A stretch of DNA of 64,000 bases from Nitrospirota bacterium (GCA_963751455.1 CAVVUN010000015.1:1024001-1088000); one strand, 5' to 3'. Shown: positions 11,528 through 23,544, counted from the first letter of the stretch. A program made the numbers and translations. Notes: generated by a model not told the origin, from the letters alone.

Positions 11528-11740
11528 GACGACTTGACCTCCTGTCGGTATTTGCATTGTCAACCCCTCAAGTTTTCCGTAATTCCTTCAATAAAATATG
11601 CTATTTATTTGATATTTTCTGCTTTATTAATAAAAGAAAGTGTCTATAATGCCTTAGCCTGCAGAAGAGTTATGGCGTGCTCGAAATACGGGATGGAATA
11701 CGGATTTATTTCAGCTTGCATGGCAAGGAGGTGAGCCGGA

Positions 11741-12673
11741 TTGCCGAAGGGTAACATTCTCGTCGTGGAAGACAGCAAGGTTGTAGGGTCAAAAACAAAA
11801 ATGTTTCTTGAAAAAAGCGGTTATCAGGTGACCTGGGTCGTTGAAGGATTATCGGCATTTCGTGTAGCCAAGAGCGAATCGATAGACGTTATTCTGCTCG
11901 ACCGCGTCTTGCCTGACATGGATGGAATTACAATTTGCAGACTGCTAAAACAGGATGAGGCAACAAAGACAATACCGATCATCATGCTCACGGCTATGAA
12001 CACCACTGAAGAGAAAGTTAAGGGATTGGAAGCGGGGGCCGATGACTATCTTCCCAAACCTTATGAGGATGTAGAACTGAACGCGCGCGTATACGCCGCA
12101 TTGAGAACAAAACAGCTCAGTGACGAACTGAGACGCAAAAACGATGCATTAACCGAAACACTCGCTAAAGTGGAGACGCTTTCTGTTACGGACCCGTTGA
12201 CGGGCCTCTTCAACCGAAGGCGGTTCGAGGAAGTGCTGGATCTTGAATTTAAGAAGTCCAGCAGGTACCATACGCCTCTCAGCCTTATGATGATCGATAT
12301 CGATCATTTCAAGTCCGTGAACGACACATATGGTCATGCAGTCGGAGACGGCGTCATCAAAGAAGTTGCGCTGATCATCAAGCAGAGCATCAGAGACGCC
12401 GACCTGGCTTGCCGCTGGGGCGGCGAAGAGTTTATCGTGCTGGCGCCGATGACGCCGAAAGCGGGCGCACTGCTTCCGGCCCGGAGGATACTGTCATCCG
12501 TGTGCGCCCATGATTTTACGGGCCTGGGCGGCGAAAAAAAGAGCGTCAGCATCGGGATTGCCGATGTATCCGGAAACGGGATCGACACGGCCATGAAATT
12601 GATTCAGGCAGCGGATGCCGGCATGTACGAAGCAAAGAAAAAGGGGCGCAACAGGATTGAAGTGCAGGAATAA
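11741..12673 (+). CDS. Response-regulator diguanylate cyclase (REC-GGDEF)
   Basis: REC domain (VVEDS, LLDRVLPDMDG, KP), TDPLTGLFNRR, RDAD I-site, GGEEF. Confidence 0.92.
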   Translation: MPKGNILVVEDSKVVGSKTKMFLEKSGYQVTWVVEGLSAFRVAKSESIDVILLDRVLPDMDGITICRLLKQDEATKTIPIIMLTAMNTTEEKVKGLEAGADDYLPKPYEDVELNARVYAALRTKQLSDELRRKNDALTETLAKVETLSVTDPLTGLFNRRRFEEVLDLEFKKSSRYHTPLSLMMIDIDHFKSVNDTYGHAVGDGVIKEVALIIKQSIRDADLACRWGGEEFIVLAPMTPKAGALLPARRILSSVCAHDFTGLGGEKKSVSIGIADVSGNGIDTAMKLIQAADAGMYEAKKKGRNRIEVQE

Positions 12674-12729
12674 AAGCGAAGTCCGCCTCCCTTCTGATCT
12701 GAACCGGTACGACTGCGACCCCTGCATGG

Positions 12730-12993
12730 GTGGAACTCTCCGAACTGACGATATCGCCGAAAATCGCGGCGAGCCTCCCGCCGCGAAAAGTGGTAAGACG
12801 GCTCGAAGTGATTCCCGTTGAGAAAAGGGACGACGTTCTCGTAGTCGCTTCTGCCGAGCCCCAGAGGCCGGGCCTCATCACGGAACTCTCCCGGGCTGCG
12901 CAGATAAAAGTAGAACTGGCCGTAGCTTATGAAGTATATATCGCAGAAACAAGCGCACGTTACTTTGCGGAAAACAAGGAATCCCGGGTTTGA
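12730..12993 (+). CDS. Stand-alone MshEN/T2SSE_N C-subdomain-like protein or fragment
   Basis: VELSELTISPKIAASLP..VVRRLEVIPVEKRDDVLVVASAEP...KVELAVA....I.....RYF resembles the PilB/GspE N-terminal region. Confidence 0.55.
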   Translation: MELSELTISPKIAASLPPRKVVRRLEVIPVEKRDDVLVVASAEPQRPGLITELSRAAQIKVELAVAYEVYIAETSARYFAENKESRV

Positions 12994-15900
12994 TCTCTGA
13001 CATCGGTGCCGAATAACCTGAAAAAAACATCCACTACACCCGGATCAAAATCCTTTTCCGTTCGGTCCTTCAGGTACTGCAGTATTTTCTCTCTGGGCCA
13101 GGCGGGCCGATACGGGCGGTCTGACCCCAAGGCATCCCATACATCGACCACGGAAAATATTCGCGCTGCAAGAGGAATTTGATCGCCTTTGAGCCCCTCA
13201 GGATAGCCTGTCCCATCCCATTTCTCATGATGGTAAGAGGGGACATCGAGCGCCGGCTGCAAAAAAGCGATTGGAGAGAGCAGATCATGTGCGAATACGG
13301 GGTGTTTCCGCATGATTACCCATTCTTCCTCCGAAAGTTTTCCCGGTTTCAGAAGTATATTGTCCGGTATTCCCATCTTCCCGATGTCATGCAGGAGCGC
13401 GCCTCTTCGAACATGAACAAGATCTTCTTCGCTCATCCCCATGGCGCGCGCTACTGTTACGGTCATATCAGTGACTCTCCGAGAATGACCTTCCGTCTCC
13501 TTATCGCGCAAATCGAGCGCTCTTGACCAGCCTTCGATAGTGGCGTCGTATGCCAGGACCAGTTCGTCATTTGCAACCTGGAGATCATTGAACAGGGAGG
13601 CATTGTCTATGGCGATAGCGGCCTGCCCCGCGAGTGCTTCAAAAAAAGCAGTCCACGCGGGATCGGGAACGAGCGGAGAGCGGCTGAAGACTTCCAGAAC
13701 GCCCTTCACCCGTCCCTTTATAACAAGGGGCGCGACATGATGCGACACAAAGGCCTCACCACGCAGCGTTCGGACGTGTTCGCACATATTGTTGCCGATG
13801 ACATTATCAGGGACGCTTATTATCCTGCGCTCAAGCGCGGCGCGGCCCGCGCAGCCCTCGCCCAGCCTGGTCCTTGTTTGCTCGATTCCCCGGGTCCGGA
13901 AGCCGTGACCGGCTGCATAGGTGAGCGTTTTCGTATCGGGATTCATCAGGAGGACCGCGGCGGCGTCCGCTCCAAGCTCCGTTGTAACATGTCCAAGCAA
14001 TACTTTGAGGGTTACTCGCAGGTCGAGGCTGGAACTGATGGCTACATCGATATCGTGCAGGGCCGAAAGATGCTGCATTTGCTGCAAAGCCTTCTCATGC
14101 AGGGTCGTCCTGTGTATCGCGATCGCGGCTATTTCCCCGATAGCCGTAAGTAACTGCACTTCCTCTTTTTTTATCGTTTTTTTGCATGCCACCATAAGCC
14201 CGCCTATGGTCTGTTTTTCCGCGACGAGCGGAACGCAGACCGCGGCGTTCAGGCCTTTGATCGGATCCGGTTGGATCAAGCGCGGATCGTTCAAAAAGTC
14301 GCTGCTCGCATACGTCCGGCTGGTTGCAATAACATGCCCGATAACGCCCTCTTTGGGTGGGAGTCGACGGCCGGTCAGGTTCTGCAGGTCGCCCCAACCC
14401 AATTCAACGACAGTTTCTCCCGTGGTTTGTTCGAGCATCCCGATCGACGCCGCCTCGATATCCAGCAAGTCGACCGTATGGAAAAGAATAATCGGAAACT
14501 GCTCTGCCCGGGTAGAGGTTGACCTCAGGGCTATGCTGAGCCGTGAAATCGCTTCCAACTGGCGTTCCCGCTGTTTGCGGTCGGTGATATTGTCGAACAC
14601 CGCTATAAAATGTTCTTTTTGCGTGCTGTAGGCGGAGATAGACAGCCAGGCCTCCAGGGGCTCTAAATACATTTCAAACTTCTCCGTCTTGCCGGTCATT
14701 GACACCCTGCCATAAATCTCAAAAAGCTCCGGATGGGCCTCTCGTATGCCCGGTATCAGCTCGGTCACTCTTTTCCCGGCGACGTTCCTGAGCCCGGTCA
14801 TTTTTTCGAATGCGTTGTTGACTTCCAGATAGATGAAGTCCCGCGGCCTGCCCTCTTCATAGACCATTTTACAGTACGCAAAGCCCTCAAGTATGTTCTC
14901 GAACAGCGAGCGATAGCGCTGTCCGCTTTCCTGCAGTTCGGTGATGTCGTCGATAATGCCGAGACCGAACTTCTCCCCGCCCGGACCCTGAATTTCAGCG
15001 GCTGTGACGCGTGCCCAAACTATTTCGCCGTTTTTCTTCATGAACCGCTTTTCCATCTGGAAGCGGGCGAACTCGCCTTTGAAAAAACGCTGTGTTTTAT
15101 CGATGCTTCTTCTTCTATCGTCGGGATGGGTGATAGTTTCAAGGCTCATTCCGACCAGTTCTTCTTCGGCGTACTCCAAAAGATCGCAGATTGCCCTGTT
15201 TACTTTGAGGAATGTGTAGTCCTGACCGACGATTACCATGCCGATGGAATCATTCTCAAAGATCTGCCGGAATCTCTCTTCGCTTGCGCGCAATATCTGC
15301 TCGTTTTCAATACGGACCGCCATTTCCCGTTCCAGTTCTTGCTTTGCCTGTACGATCTGCCCGTTGAATTTTCTTGTCTGGGCCGCCCGGTTCACCATCA
15401 GGAAGATATAAAGGTTGATGAAACCGGTGATAACCAGGCCTCCTCCCATCATTTGCAACGGATGCCATGTTCTTCCTGCAGCCAGGTATTGCGGGGTTGG
15501 AATGGACACGAATGTCCATTTTTTACCTGCCACTTCGATTGTTTTGCCGTATTTAATACTTTTCTGAAGGAATCCCCTGTCTTCGACTTCTCGCGAAGAG
15601 GCGTGCAGCGACGGGGGGTACACGTACAAAAGAGGGCTGTCCTGGGCAGTGTCGTCATAAACGCGGATTTCGATATCTTGTAGTCGAAGATGCGATACAT
15701 ATTTCTCTATGATATTGCCGATCTGAAAAACCCCTACGACGAAGCCCGTGAGACGCGCCCGGCGCGCCTGGATCGAACCCGGCACTGGTCCTTTTCCGTA
15801 GAGGGGATGAAGCGCCAGGTACCCGGACCGGGATGTTCTCTCCTCAAGGATCATTATCCTCGCAGTGACAACTACCGTTCCGGAATCTCGAGCCTGCTGT

Positions 15901-16499
15901 AATGTCGCACGACGAACAGGTTCCGAGGCCAGGTCGAAACCAAGCGCCATCTTATTTGTTGAAAAGGGCTCCACGAAATAAGCCGGGAAATATTCGCGGC
16001 GCCTTCCGGTCCTGATCATCGCGCCCCCTGACTCCATTTCCGTGAACTGAAATCCGGGAAATCCGTCTCCTTGCGCGGCCCTCTCATATGCGTCCCTGGA
16101 AGAATCAGGCACGCGCGGGATCCATCCAAGCGCTTGAATACCCGGATTGCGCGCCAGGAACGGTTGAATGAAATCGTGAAATTCTTTTCGGGTAATCACA
16201 TCGGCGTGGACGTAAAATGCGCTGAGCGATTCGAGTTGCTGCAGGCTTTCTTCAATGCCTCTTCGCAAACTGTCAATACCGTCGTCCGACAGCTTGTTAA
16301 ATTCTATCTGGAGCCGGTCCCGGTCCTGTCTTTCGCCAACAATGAAAAGTCCGACGGAGATGGCGATGCCGGCAAAAGCCAGGAACATCAAGAAGATATA
16401 ATGAGGTAAAAAAATGTTGTGCAAAAAATTACTATTTTTCAATAGGTTGCTCAATATCATGTGAAATTTAGCCTTTCCTATGAACAAAGTATTACACAT
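12960..16499 (-). CDS. Membrane CHASE-PAS-PAS-GAF-GAF HD-GYP c-di-GMP phosphodiesterase
   Basis: CHASE (ALGWIPRV, LGFDLASEP.RR), PAS (THPDD), GAF segments, TEGHSRRV, LHDIGK, HHEKWDGTGYP. Confidence 0.92.
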   Translation of the reverse strand: MCNTLFIGKAKFHMILSNLLKNSNFLHNIFLPHYIFLMFLAFAGIAISVGLFIVGERQDRDRLQIEFNKLSDDGIDSLRRGIEESLQQLESLSAFYVHADVITRKEFHDFIQPFLARNPGIQALGWIPRVPDSSRDAYERAAQGDGFPGFQFTEMESGGAMIRTGRRREYFPAYFVEPFSTNKMALGFDLASEPVRRATLQQARDSGTVVVTARIMILEERTSRSGYLALHPLYGKGPVPGSIQARRARLTGFVVGVFQIGNIIEKYVSHLRLQDIEIRVYDDTAQDSPLLYVYPPSLHASSREVEDRGFLQKSIKYGKTIEVAGKKWTFVSIPTPQYLAAGRTWHPLQMMGGGLVITGFINLYIFLMVNRAAQTRKFNGQIVQAKQELEREMAVRIENEQILRASEERFRQIFENDSIGMVIVGQDYTFLKVNRAICDLLEYAEEELVGMSLETITHPDDRRRSIDKTQRFFKGEFARFQMEKRFMKKNGEIVWARVTAAEIQGPGGEKFGLGIIDDITELQESGQRYRSLFENILEGFAYCKMVYEEGRPRDFIYLEVNNAFEKMTGLRNVAGKRVTELIPGIREAHPELFEIYGRVSMTGKTEKFEMYLEPLEAWLSISAYSTQKEHFIAVFDNITDRKQRERQLEAISRLSIALRSTSTRAEQFPIILFHTVDLLDIEAASIGMLEQTTGETVVELGWGDLQNLTGRRLPPKEGVIGHVIATSRTYASSDFLNDPRLIQPDPIKGLNAAVCVPLVAEKQTIGGLMVACKKTIKKEEVQLLTAIGEIAAIAIHRTTLHEKALQQMQHLSALHDIDVAISSSLDLRVTLKVLLGHVTTELGADAAAVLLMNPDTKTLTYAAGHGFRTRGIEQTRTRLGEGCAGRAALERRIISVPDNVIGNNMCEHVRTLRGEAFVSHHVAPLVIKGRVKGVLEVFSRSPLVPDPAWTAFFEALAGQAAIAIDNASLFNDLQVANDELVLAYDATIEGWSRALDLRDKETEGHSRRVTDMTVTVARAMGMSEEDLVHVRRGALLHDIGKMGIPDNILLKPGKLSEEEWVIMRKHPVFAHDLLSPIAFLQPALDVPSYHHEKWDGTGYPEGLKGDQIPLAARIFSVVDVWDALGSDRPYRPAWPREKILQYLKDRTEKDFDPGVVDVFFRLFGTDVRDQTRDSLFSAK

Positions 16500-16680
16500 A
16501 TAGTAACATTATAACCGTTTTTCCTGAAATTTCAAAAATTATTTGGAAATATATCTGGCCGGAAAAAATGCCGGAGGGAGCCGCGCAAATTATGATTCGC
16601 GGAACGGATAAACGCAATAGCGCGAAACTCGACCGGGCAGGAAGTGTTCAGGATTGGCTTGACATCACTTTAAATCAATC

Positions 16681-16708
16681 TTGACAAAAAAATGCATGTC
16701 TATATAAT
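16681..16708 (+). promoter_or_regulatory. Near-consensus sigma70 promoter
   Basis: TTGACA-N16-TATAAT upstream of the MBL hydrolase. Confidence 0.55.
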
Positions 16709-16819
16709 CGAGCTATTCCGTCGTGATTGCTCATTCCCCGCACAACGCGAATCGCGCGATTACATCAGGAAACCTGAAATTCGGATTTACGAGAACATCA
16801 ATAAACCGGAGGCTGCTGA

Positions 16820-17659
16820 ATGAAAATCACGTGCTGGGGAGCCAGAGGATCAATCGCTGTGTCCGGAAAGGAGTATGCAAAGTACGGCGGTGATACGACC
16901 TGCATGGAGATCAGGAGCAAAGCCGGGGATATTATCATCGTAGATGCTGGAACCGGGATCAGAAAGCTGGGGAACAAGCTGCTCACAACCGGAGAATCAA
17001 GTTTCAACATCCTCTTCACTCATGCCCATTGGGACCACCTTATGGGTTTTCCCTTCTTCAAGCCGATCTACAGCAAGAAAACGACCATCAAGATGTACGG
17101 GTGCGCCTATACGCAGCAGTCCATCGAGAAGGTGCTTTCAAAATCCATGATGGCTCCTTACTTTCCGGTGGATTTCAGCCAGATCCAGGCCGCAATCGTA
17201 CCTCGTACCGTATGCGAAGAGCCGTTTACGATCGGCCCGGTGCTGGTTACCCCCATTCAAATGAGCCATCCCAACCAGGGAATCGGATATAAGTTCACAG
17301 AGGACAACAAAACCTTCGTTTTCCTGACCGACAACGAGCTGACTGTGCGCCATGACGGGGCAGGTGAGTACCGCGACTATCTCGAATTCGCGGCGAACGC
17401 CGATGTCCTGATCCACGACTCCGAATACACCGCCGAGCAATACAAAATAACAAAGGGCTGGGGGCATTCCGTATATACGGACGCCCTGCGCCTTGCGATT
17501 GAAGCAGGAGTCAAGCAGTTCGGTCTGTTCCATCACAACCAGGACAGGACCGACGATGAGCTGGATCGGATAGTGGACGATTGCCGCGGCATTGCGGATA
17601 GACAGAACGCCAAGGTTGAGTGCTACGGGGTTGAAGCGGGAATGGAGATACAACTTTAG
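16820..17659 (+). CDS. MBL-fold metallo-hydrolase (RNase Z/phosphodiesterase-like)
   Basis: WGARGSI, YGGDTTC, DAGTG, THAHWDH, TDNE, WGHS, FHH. Confidence 0.85.
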   Translation: MKITCWGARGSIAVSGKEYAKYGGDTTCMEIRSKAGDIIIVDAGTGIRKLGNKLLTTGESSFNILFTHAHWDHLMGFPFFKPIYSKKTTIKMYGCAYTQQSIEKVLSKSMMAPYFPVDFSQIQAAIVPRTVCEEPFTIGPVLVTPIQMSHPNQGIGYKFTEDNKTFVFLTDNELTVRHDGAGEYRDYLEFAANADVLIHDSEYTAEQYKITKGWGHSVYTDALRLAIEAGVKQFGLFHHNQDRTDDELDRIVDDCRGIADRQNAKVECYGVEAGMEIQL

Positions 17660-17749
17660 ATGTTCCGCTGAAGCAAGCGCAAGTTAGGCCCCCCCGGAAT
17701 CCGGTTAATGTACCCGCCGCGTATCTACTCAGGTCCGATTTTAAACCTT

Positions 17750-17831
17750 TGTAGGGCAACCCTTTAGGGTTGCGCCCAACATGCGAACTGGCGCGGACCG
17801 CATGAATGCAAGGCTAAAGCCTTGCCCTACA
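17750..17831. repeat. GTAG-family REP doublet (REPIN-like)
   Basis: TGTAGGGCAACCCTTTAGGGTTGC...GCAAGGCTAAAGCCTTGCCCTACA; near-identical copies at 27757 and 34341. Confidence 0.8.
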
Positions 17832-17882
17832 TTAAACTACCTTAGTTACCCCGCCGCCGAGATAATCAATGAGAGGCTTTCC

Positions 17883-18623
17883 ATGAAAAAAATTCTGGTT
17901 TCTCGTACTATCCATTCAATGCTAAGGCAAGAGAAGACGTTTTTAAATCGGGCAGACGTGAAAGTGTTCGTTGCGGCAACGAACGACGAAGCGTTGAAAA
18001 TTCATCACACGGAGAGGGCGGACCTGATAATAACGCACCTCGACACACCCGGCATGGCCAGCGAGCATTTTTGCAGCCTCATAAGGGAGCAGGCCGGACT
18101 TCGCCAGGTATCGATGATCATAGTCTGTGTGAATACCGCGGCGGCTATTAAGGCGAGTTCTCGATGCAAGGCGAATGCTGTTCTGCTTGAACCGGTGCAC
18201 CCTGTCCTGCTTGTTGCCAAGGCCCAGCAGCTGCTTTATATTTCGGCACGAGAGACGCTTCGCGTGCTCTTAAGCGCCAATGTGGACGGTCATTCCGATG
18301 ATGGATCGTTTTACTGTCGAACCAGGAATGTCAGCGCTTCCGGAATGCTGATAGAGACTGATAAGCGCTTGAGGGAGGGGGCACGGCTTTCGTGCCAGTT
18401 CTATCTGCCCAATGCAAAAAGAATAGAGGCGTCAGGCAAAATAGTCAGGATTATTGAACAGAATGCCGGAGAGGAAGATTACCAATACGGCCTGATGTTT
18501 ACGGATATAGTCCCCGAGTGCAGACAACTGCTCGCTGATTATATTAAGGACACATTGAAAAAGACGGCGGACGGTACTTTGCAGCGGGAAGGGGAAATGC
18601 ACGGATACGAGGCTGCGAACTAA
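17883..18623 (+). CDS. Degenerate REC plus PilZ domain protein
   Basis: PilZ motifs RETLR (RxxxR) and NVSASG; REC-like N-terminus lacking the acidic pocket. Confidence 0.8.
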   Translation: MKKILVSRTIHSMLRQEKTFLNRADVKVFVAATNDEALKIHHTERADLIITHLDTPGMASEHFCSLIREQAGLRQVSMIIVCVNTAAAIKASSRCKANAVLLEPVHPVLLVAKAQQLLYISARETLRVLLSANVDGHSDDGSFYCRTRNVSASGMLIETDKRLREGARLSCQFYLPNAKRIEASGKIVRIIEQNAGEEDYQYGLMFTDIVPECRQLLADYIKDTLKKTADGTLQREGEMHGYEAAN

Positions 18624-18859
18624 GGATATTGTTTCCCTTTATTGTGATGCTCTTTATCTGCATGTGCTTTTCTATAAAAGTCTCTTTAAGGAACCGGGCA
18701 CTTCAAACTAAAGGTTCAGATATTGTCCTAAAAAAAATACCGGGGACTCTTGAAATTTTCTTTTTTTGAGTTATCCTTCAAATAGGGTTTTTTTGGAAGC
18801 ATGCTTAAGGATCAACAAGTTCGGTTTTCTCGTGTACGACAACAAGAGAGAGGTAACCC

Positions 18860-19129
18860 ATGAGCCTGCTTTGCGCTTTCTGTAATATGCCTTTAGAACT
18901 TATCAATTCCATTGAATCCGAAGTCGGTTCGACTGTGCAGGAAAAAATGGAGTATATGTGCTCAAATCCACGATGCAAGCATGGAAGCAGAATCATCCAT
19001 GAATCGAGCAGGCCGTTGCGTAAGGACGGCTATATTACGTTGTCCGTTCTCCATAAAAAAGATCCGCCGAAAAAATGGTTCTGGAAACTATTTGGGGACA
19101 GGACAAGTCAACCGTCTCTCAGAATATAG
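18860..19129 (+). CDS. Small hypothetical protein, possible Zn finger
   Basis: CAFC and CSNPRC pairs; RBS GAGAGG. Confidence 0.5.
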   Translation: MSLLCAFCNMPLELINSIESEVGSTVQEKMEYMCSNPRCKHGSRIIHESSRPLRKDGYITLSVLHKKDPPKKWFWKLFGDRTSQPSLRI

Positions 19130-19325
19130 CGAACCGCTCTTGACTCCGTCAAATGGTTAGTATGCTGCATATATACATGACGGCATAAGGCATGCCGGAT
19201 CTTAACGTGTAGATGCTCCGCTCATAATTCCTGCCTCTTACCCGCAAAACTGTAAGCCTGGGTATCGTCTGGTTTAGTAATGTTGTTTTAAATTGTAATA
19301 GGGCTCTGCAAAATACCGGACATTT

Positions 19326-20269
19326 ATGAAAACGTTCATTTATCATGACGGTGCACTGGGCGACATTCTCCTCTCATTGCCCAGTTTTCGAGCGCTTCAG
19401 GCGAATCCCATTTTCTGCAAATCGCCGGAAAGGGAGATGCTGTAGCTTTCCTGAAAGAGGCTGGCTTTGTCAATGCAGCCATATCGTCCGATCGCTCCAT
19501 CTTTGCTTCACTCTATTCGGAAGTGGATAGCAGCCTTCGGACATTCCTGAGCGCATTCGATCGTGGTTATGTATTTTCGTCTATGAATGATTCGACCGTT
19601 GCCGGAGCAATTCGCACATGCATACCTGATGTTCGTCAGATCGAAACAATTCCTTCAACAGGATCAAGAATCCATGTTGCCGAGTACAGGTTATCGCAGG
19701 TTGCTCCGGGCCTTGGGCTCAAGGGAGCGTCCTCAACCCTGCGCCTTTCCAAGGAATATGTTGGAAAGGCTGAATGCTTTCTGGAGCAGGCAGGCCTCGG
19801 ACCGGGAAGGAGGGTTCTTGCGATCCATCCCGGAAGCGGCGGCACAGCGAAATGCTGGCCAGTCGACAATTACTTCGCTCTGGTTGAAAACCTTCAATCT
19901 GTATATGATCCGTTTATCCTGATCTTTTCCGGCCCGGCCGAAGATGAAGACATGAAAAAACGTGTCGACTCTTTTGCGCGTTCTCACAACCGCGTGTTGC
20001 ATGCCGCTGATTTCAAACTGATCACCGCCGCGGCCCTGCTCTCCCTGTGTGACCTCTATATCGGCAATGATTCAGGTTTCTCTCATCTTGCTGCAGCAGC
20101 CTGCGCGACACTTATTCTTTTCGGAGCGACCGAGTCATTGCTGTGGAAGCCTGTCGGCAGGGATGTGCACGTAATTTCGCCGGGTAGTCCCGGCAGTGTA
20201 GAGCATATTTCGCTCGGAGTGGTGTTCGAGAAAGCAAGATCGCTTCTAAGCGGCAAATTAATTCCTTAA
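19326..20269 (+). CDS. Glycosyltransferase family 9 (LPS heptosyltransferase-like), 5' frameshift
   Basis: MKTFIYHDGALGDILLSL at 19326; IHPGSGG..KCWP, GNDSGFSHLAAA, LFG. Confidence 0.85.
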
Positions 20270-20327
20270 AAAAGATGTGCTATACTTGAATAAGTCTTTT
20301 GACTCAGCCGGAAAGGAGGTGAATGAC

Positions 20328-20687
20328 GTGGCTTATTTTAAAATAGTAACAGTAATAGCTATCCTCATCCTTGTCTCTTCGGCTGTAATGGCAAGGCACC
20401 ATCTTCCGGAAGAGCGCGGCAAGACGCTGTTCAACGACAAGAGTCTCGGCACCAACGGCAACACATGTGGAACTTGCCATCCTGACGGCCAGGGATTGGA
20501 AGCTGTAGCAGGCAAGAAAGAATGGAAGACCCCTGCCGGATCGTTCAAAACCCTGGAAGAGGCCATCAACATCTGCATCACCATGGCGCTTAAAGGCAAG
20601 GCCCTGGACGTGAAATCCGATCAGATGAAAAACCTCGTCGCCTATATAAACTCGCTGGGCAAAACCGCCAAGGCAGCCAAAATATAA
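20328..20687 (+). CDS. Periplasmic monoheme cytochrome c
   Basis: Signal peptide, RGKTLF, CGTCH heme motif, later Cys/Met; strong RBS before GTG. Confidence 0.85.
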   Translation: MAYFKIVTVIAILILVSSAVMARHHLPEERGKTLFNDKSLGTNGNTCGTCHPDGQGLEAVAGKKEWKTPAGSFKTLEEAINICITMALKGKALDVKSDQMKNLVAYINSLGKTAKAAKI

Positions 20688-20907
20688 GCGGCCGTGGGCT
20701 GCTGATCCTCCCCTCAATCATTAGCGCACTAATCTACTCTCATTTGTCCCTCTCCTAAAGAGGAGAGGGACCTTCCATTCTAATACTTTGCCTTCTCATC
20801 TTTTTGTTTGAAAAAAGGCGGTCACGGGTGTATATATACATACTTTGTGTCGGCTTAATAAAGTATTACGTCACTGTCGTTAACATAGCGGTCAATATAT
20901 ACGCAAC

Positions 20908-21834
20908 GTGTCTCATACATTAACTTTAATACTCATATTTCTGCTAGCAGGCGCTTTTTACTCCTTTGCCGGCAATCATGAAGTGATGCCCGCAAGGGAA
21001 CCGATAGTCCTCGATGCCCAGGAATTCTGCGCAGACACCTGGTCTTGCCGCAGCAATGACTCGCTCAAAGCAACATGGCAGGCTGTCGAACGCGGAGTAC
21101 GGCCTCTTCGAATAGTTTCCTATAATGTGCATAAATGCACAGGCAACGATTTCAAGCGAGACCCCGATCGCATAGCGGACGTGATCCGTTCTCTCGATGC
21201 TGACATTGTTTCTCTGCAGGAAGTCCTGTCGGATACGGGTGATGTACCGTCCGCGCAGGTGCGTTCTATTGCGGAAAAGACCGGGATGTACATGGCTGTC
21301 GCCGGGCAGACAAAGGTCAAGAAGGACGGCAGGTACGGCAATGCTTTGTTGAGCCGTTTTCCGATCACCGAAGTCCGGCTTCACGATATAAGCGTCGGGA
21401 CATATGAACCGCGCGGCATAATCGACGCCGATATAATGATTGGTGACAAAACGGTTCGCGTGCTGGCGACGCATTTCGGATTGTGGCCTTCAGAGCGGAA
21501 CCGCCAGGCCGACCGGCTGCTCGAGATACTGCCGCAGAGGCCTGCCTCTCCGCTCATCGTTATGGGTGATATGAACGGCTGGATGCCCGGCAGCCCGGTG
21601 CTGAGGCGTCTGAAGAAGCGCTTGGGTGAGCCGGTCACAAGACGCTCTTTCCCCTCCATATTGCCGGTCCTTCCCCTCGATAAAATATGGGTCCTGCCTT
21701 CGGAAGGCCTGAAAGAAGCCGGGCCGTACACATCCGCTTTAACACGAGTTGCCTCAGACCACATTCCTGTAGTGGCCACGGTTTATCTTACCACACCTGC
21801 CACAGCGGAAAGTTCCGTAGCCGCGTCTCTCTAA
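20908..21834 (+). CDS. Endonuclease/exonuclease/phosphatase family protein
   Basis: SYNVH, LQE, GNALLSR, THFG, GDMN, LDKI, SDH. Confidence 0.88.
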   Translation: MSHTLTLILIFLLAGAFYSFAGNHEVMPAREPIVLDAQEFCADTWSCRSNDSLKATWQAVERGVRPLRIVSYNVHKCTGNDFKRDPDRIADVIRSLDADIVSLQEVLSDTGDVPSAQVRSIAEKTGMYMAVAGQTKVKKDGRYGNALLSRFPITEVRLHDISVGTYEPRGIIDADIMIGDKTVRVLATHFGLWPSERNRQADRLLEILPQRPASPLIVMGDMNGWMPGSPVLRRLKKRLGEPVTRRSFPSILPVLPLDKIWVLPSEGLKEAGPYTSALTRVASDHIPVVATVYLTTPATAESSVAASL

Positions 21835-21890
21835 ATCTGCCAGGCATTATGCGCCGTTATCTTGTTCAGTGAAACAGCGGCGCCCACGGT

Positions 21891-22415
21891 TTATCTCCTT
21901 CTCAGCACTTCCAGGAGCTTTTCTCCGAACTTCGCGGCCGCTTCAGGTCCGCTTCCTGTTACGATAATACCATCACACTCTACGCCGCCGCCTGTAAAGA
22001 CCGCACCTTTCAACGTGAGTGCAGATTCGGATGAGGGAAACGACGTTGCTTTTTTCCGGTCAAGGAGCCCCGCATTCGCGAGAATTTCGGGGGCAATACA
22101 GATAGCTGATGTGAGCTTGCCCCGGCCATAAAAGCTCTGTGCGAGTTTGTGAGCGACAGGACTGTCAAAATATTCCTTTGATCCGCCCCCGCCCACAAAC
22201 ACAATGCCGTCATAGTCATTCTCCCGGGCATCGCCGATCAGGATGTCCGGTTTGACCTCAAGGCCGAGTTTTCCCCTCGCTGTCTTGAGAGTGGAGCAGG
22301 CAACGGTCACCTGTGCTCCTGCATCTTCGAGCGCCTTTCGCGGCACCGCGTATTCCTCGTCCCTGAAATTGGCTGACGCTATAACCATCAGAACTTTCTT
22401 TCCTGTAAGTTCCAT
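21891..22415 (-). CDS. DJ-1/PfpI family protein
   Basis: FRDEE, VFVGGGG, AICIAP nucleophile elbow. Confidence 0.88.
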   Translation of the reverse strand: MELTGKKVLMVIASANFRDEEYAVPRKALEDAGAQVTVACSTLKTARGKLGLEVKPDILIGDARENDYDGIVFVGGGGSKEYFDSPVAHKLAQSFYGRGKLTSAICIAPEILANAGLLDRKKATSFPSSESALTLKGAVFTGGGVECDGIIVTGSGPEAAAKFGEKLLEVLRRR

Positions 22416-22650
22416 ACGCACACTCCTTTCACGAGAAAATGTTCTTCTCCGCATCTCCTCCCCCTCGAGGGGGGATGAATTCAAAAGTGAGGTTGATTAT
22501 CCGAAATTACGCCGATTACAGTAGCAGATACGATGATCGAAATCAAGCAAACAGATGAGCCGCCTGTATAGTTTCCCATCACCTGCCGTACCGTTACTCA
22601 ATCGAATCTTCATCCATCATCAAAAAACCGAGTAAAAGCGTACTTTTTAA

Positions 22651-23544
<894 letters not shown>

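Noticed and set aside
17781-17882. N-terminal extensions containing ARLKPCPT (also at 34308, and extensions at 32734 and 57559)
   Set aside because: They are translations of upstream repeats; better-supported starts lie downstream.
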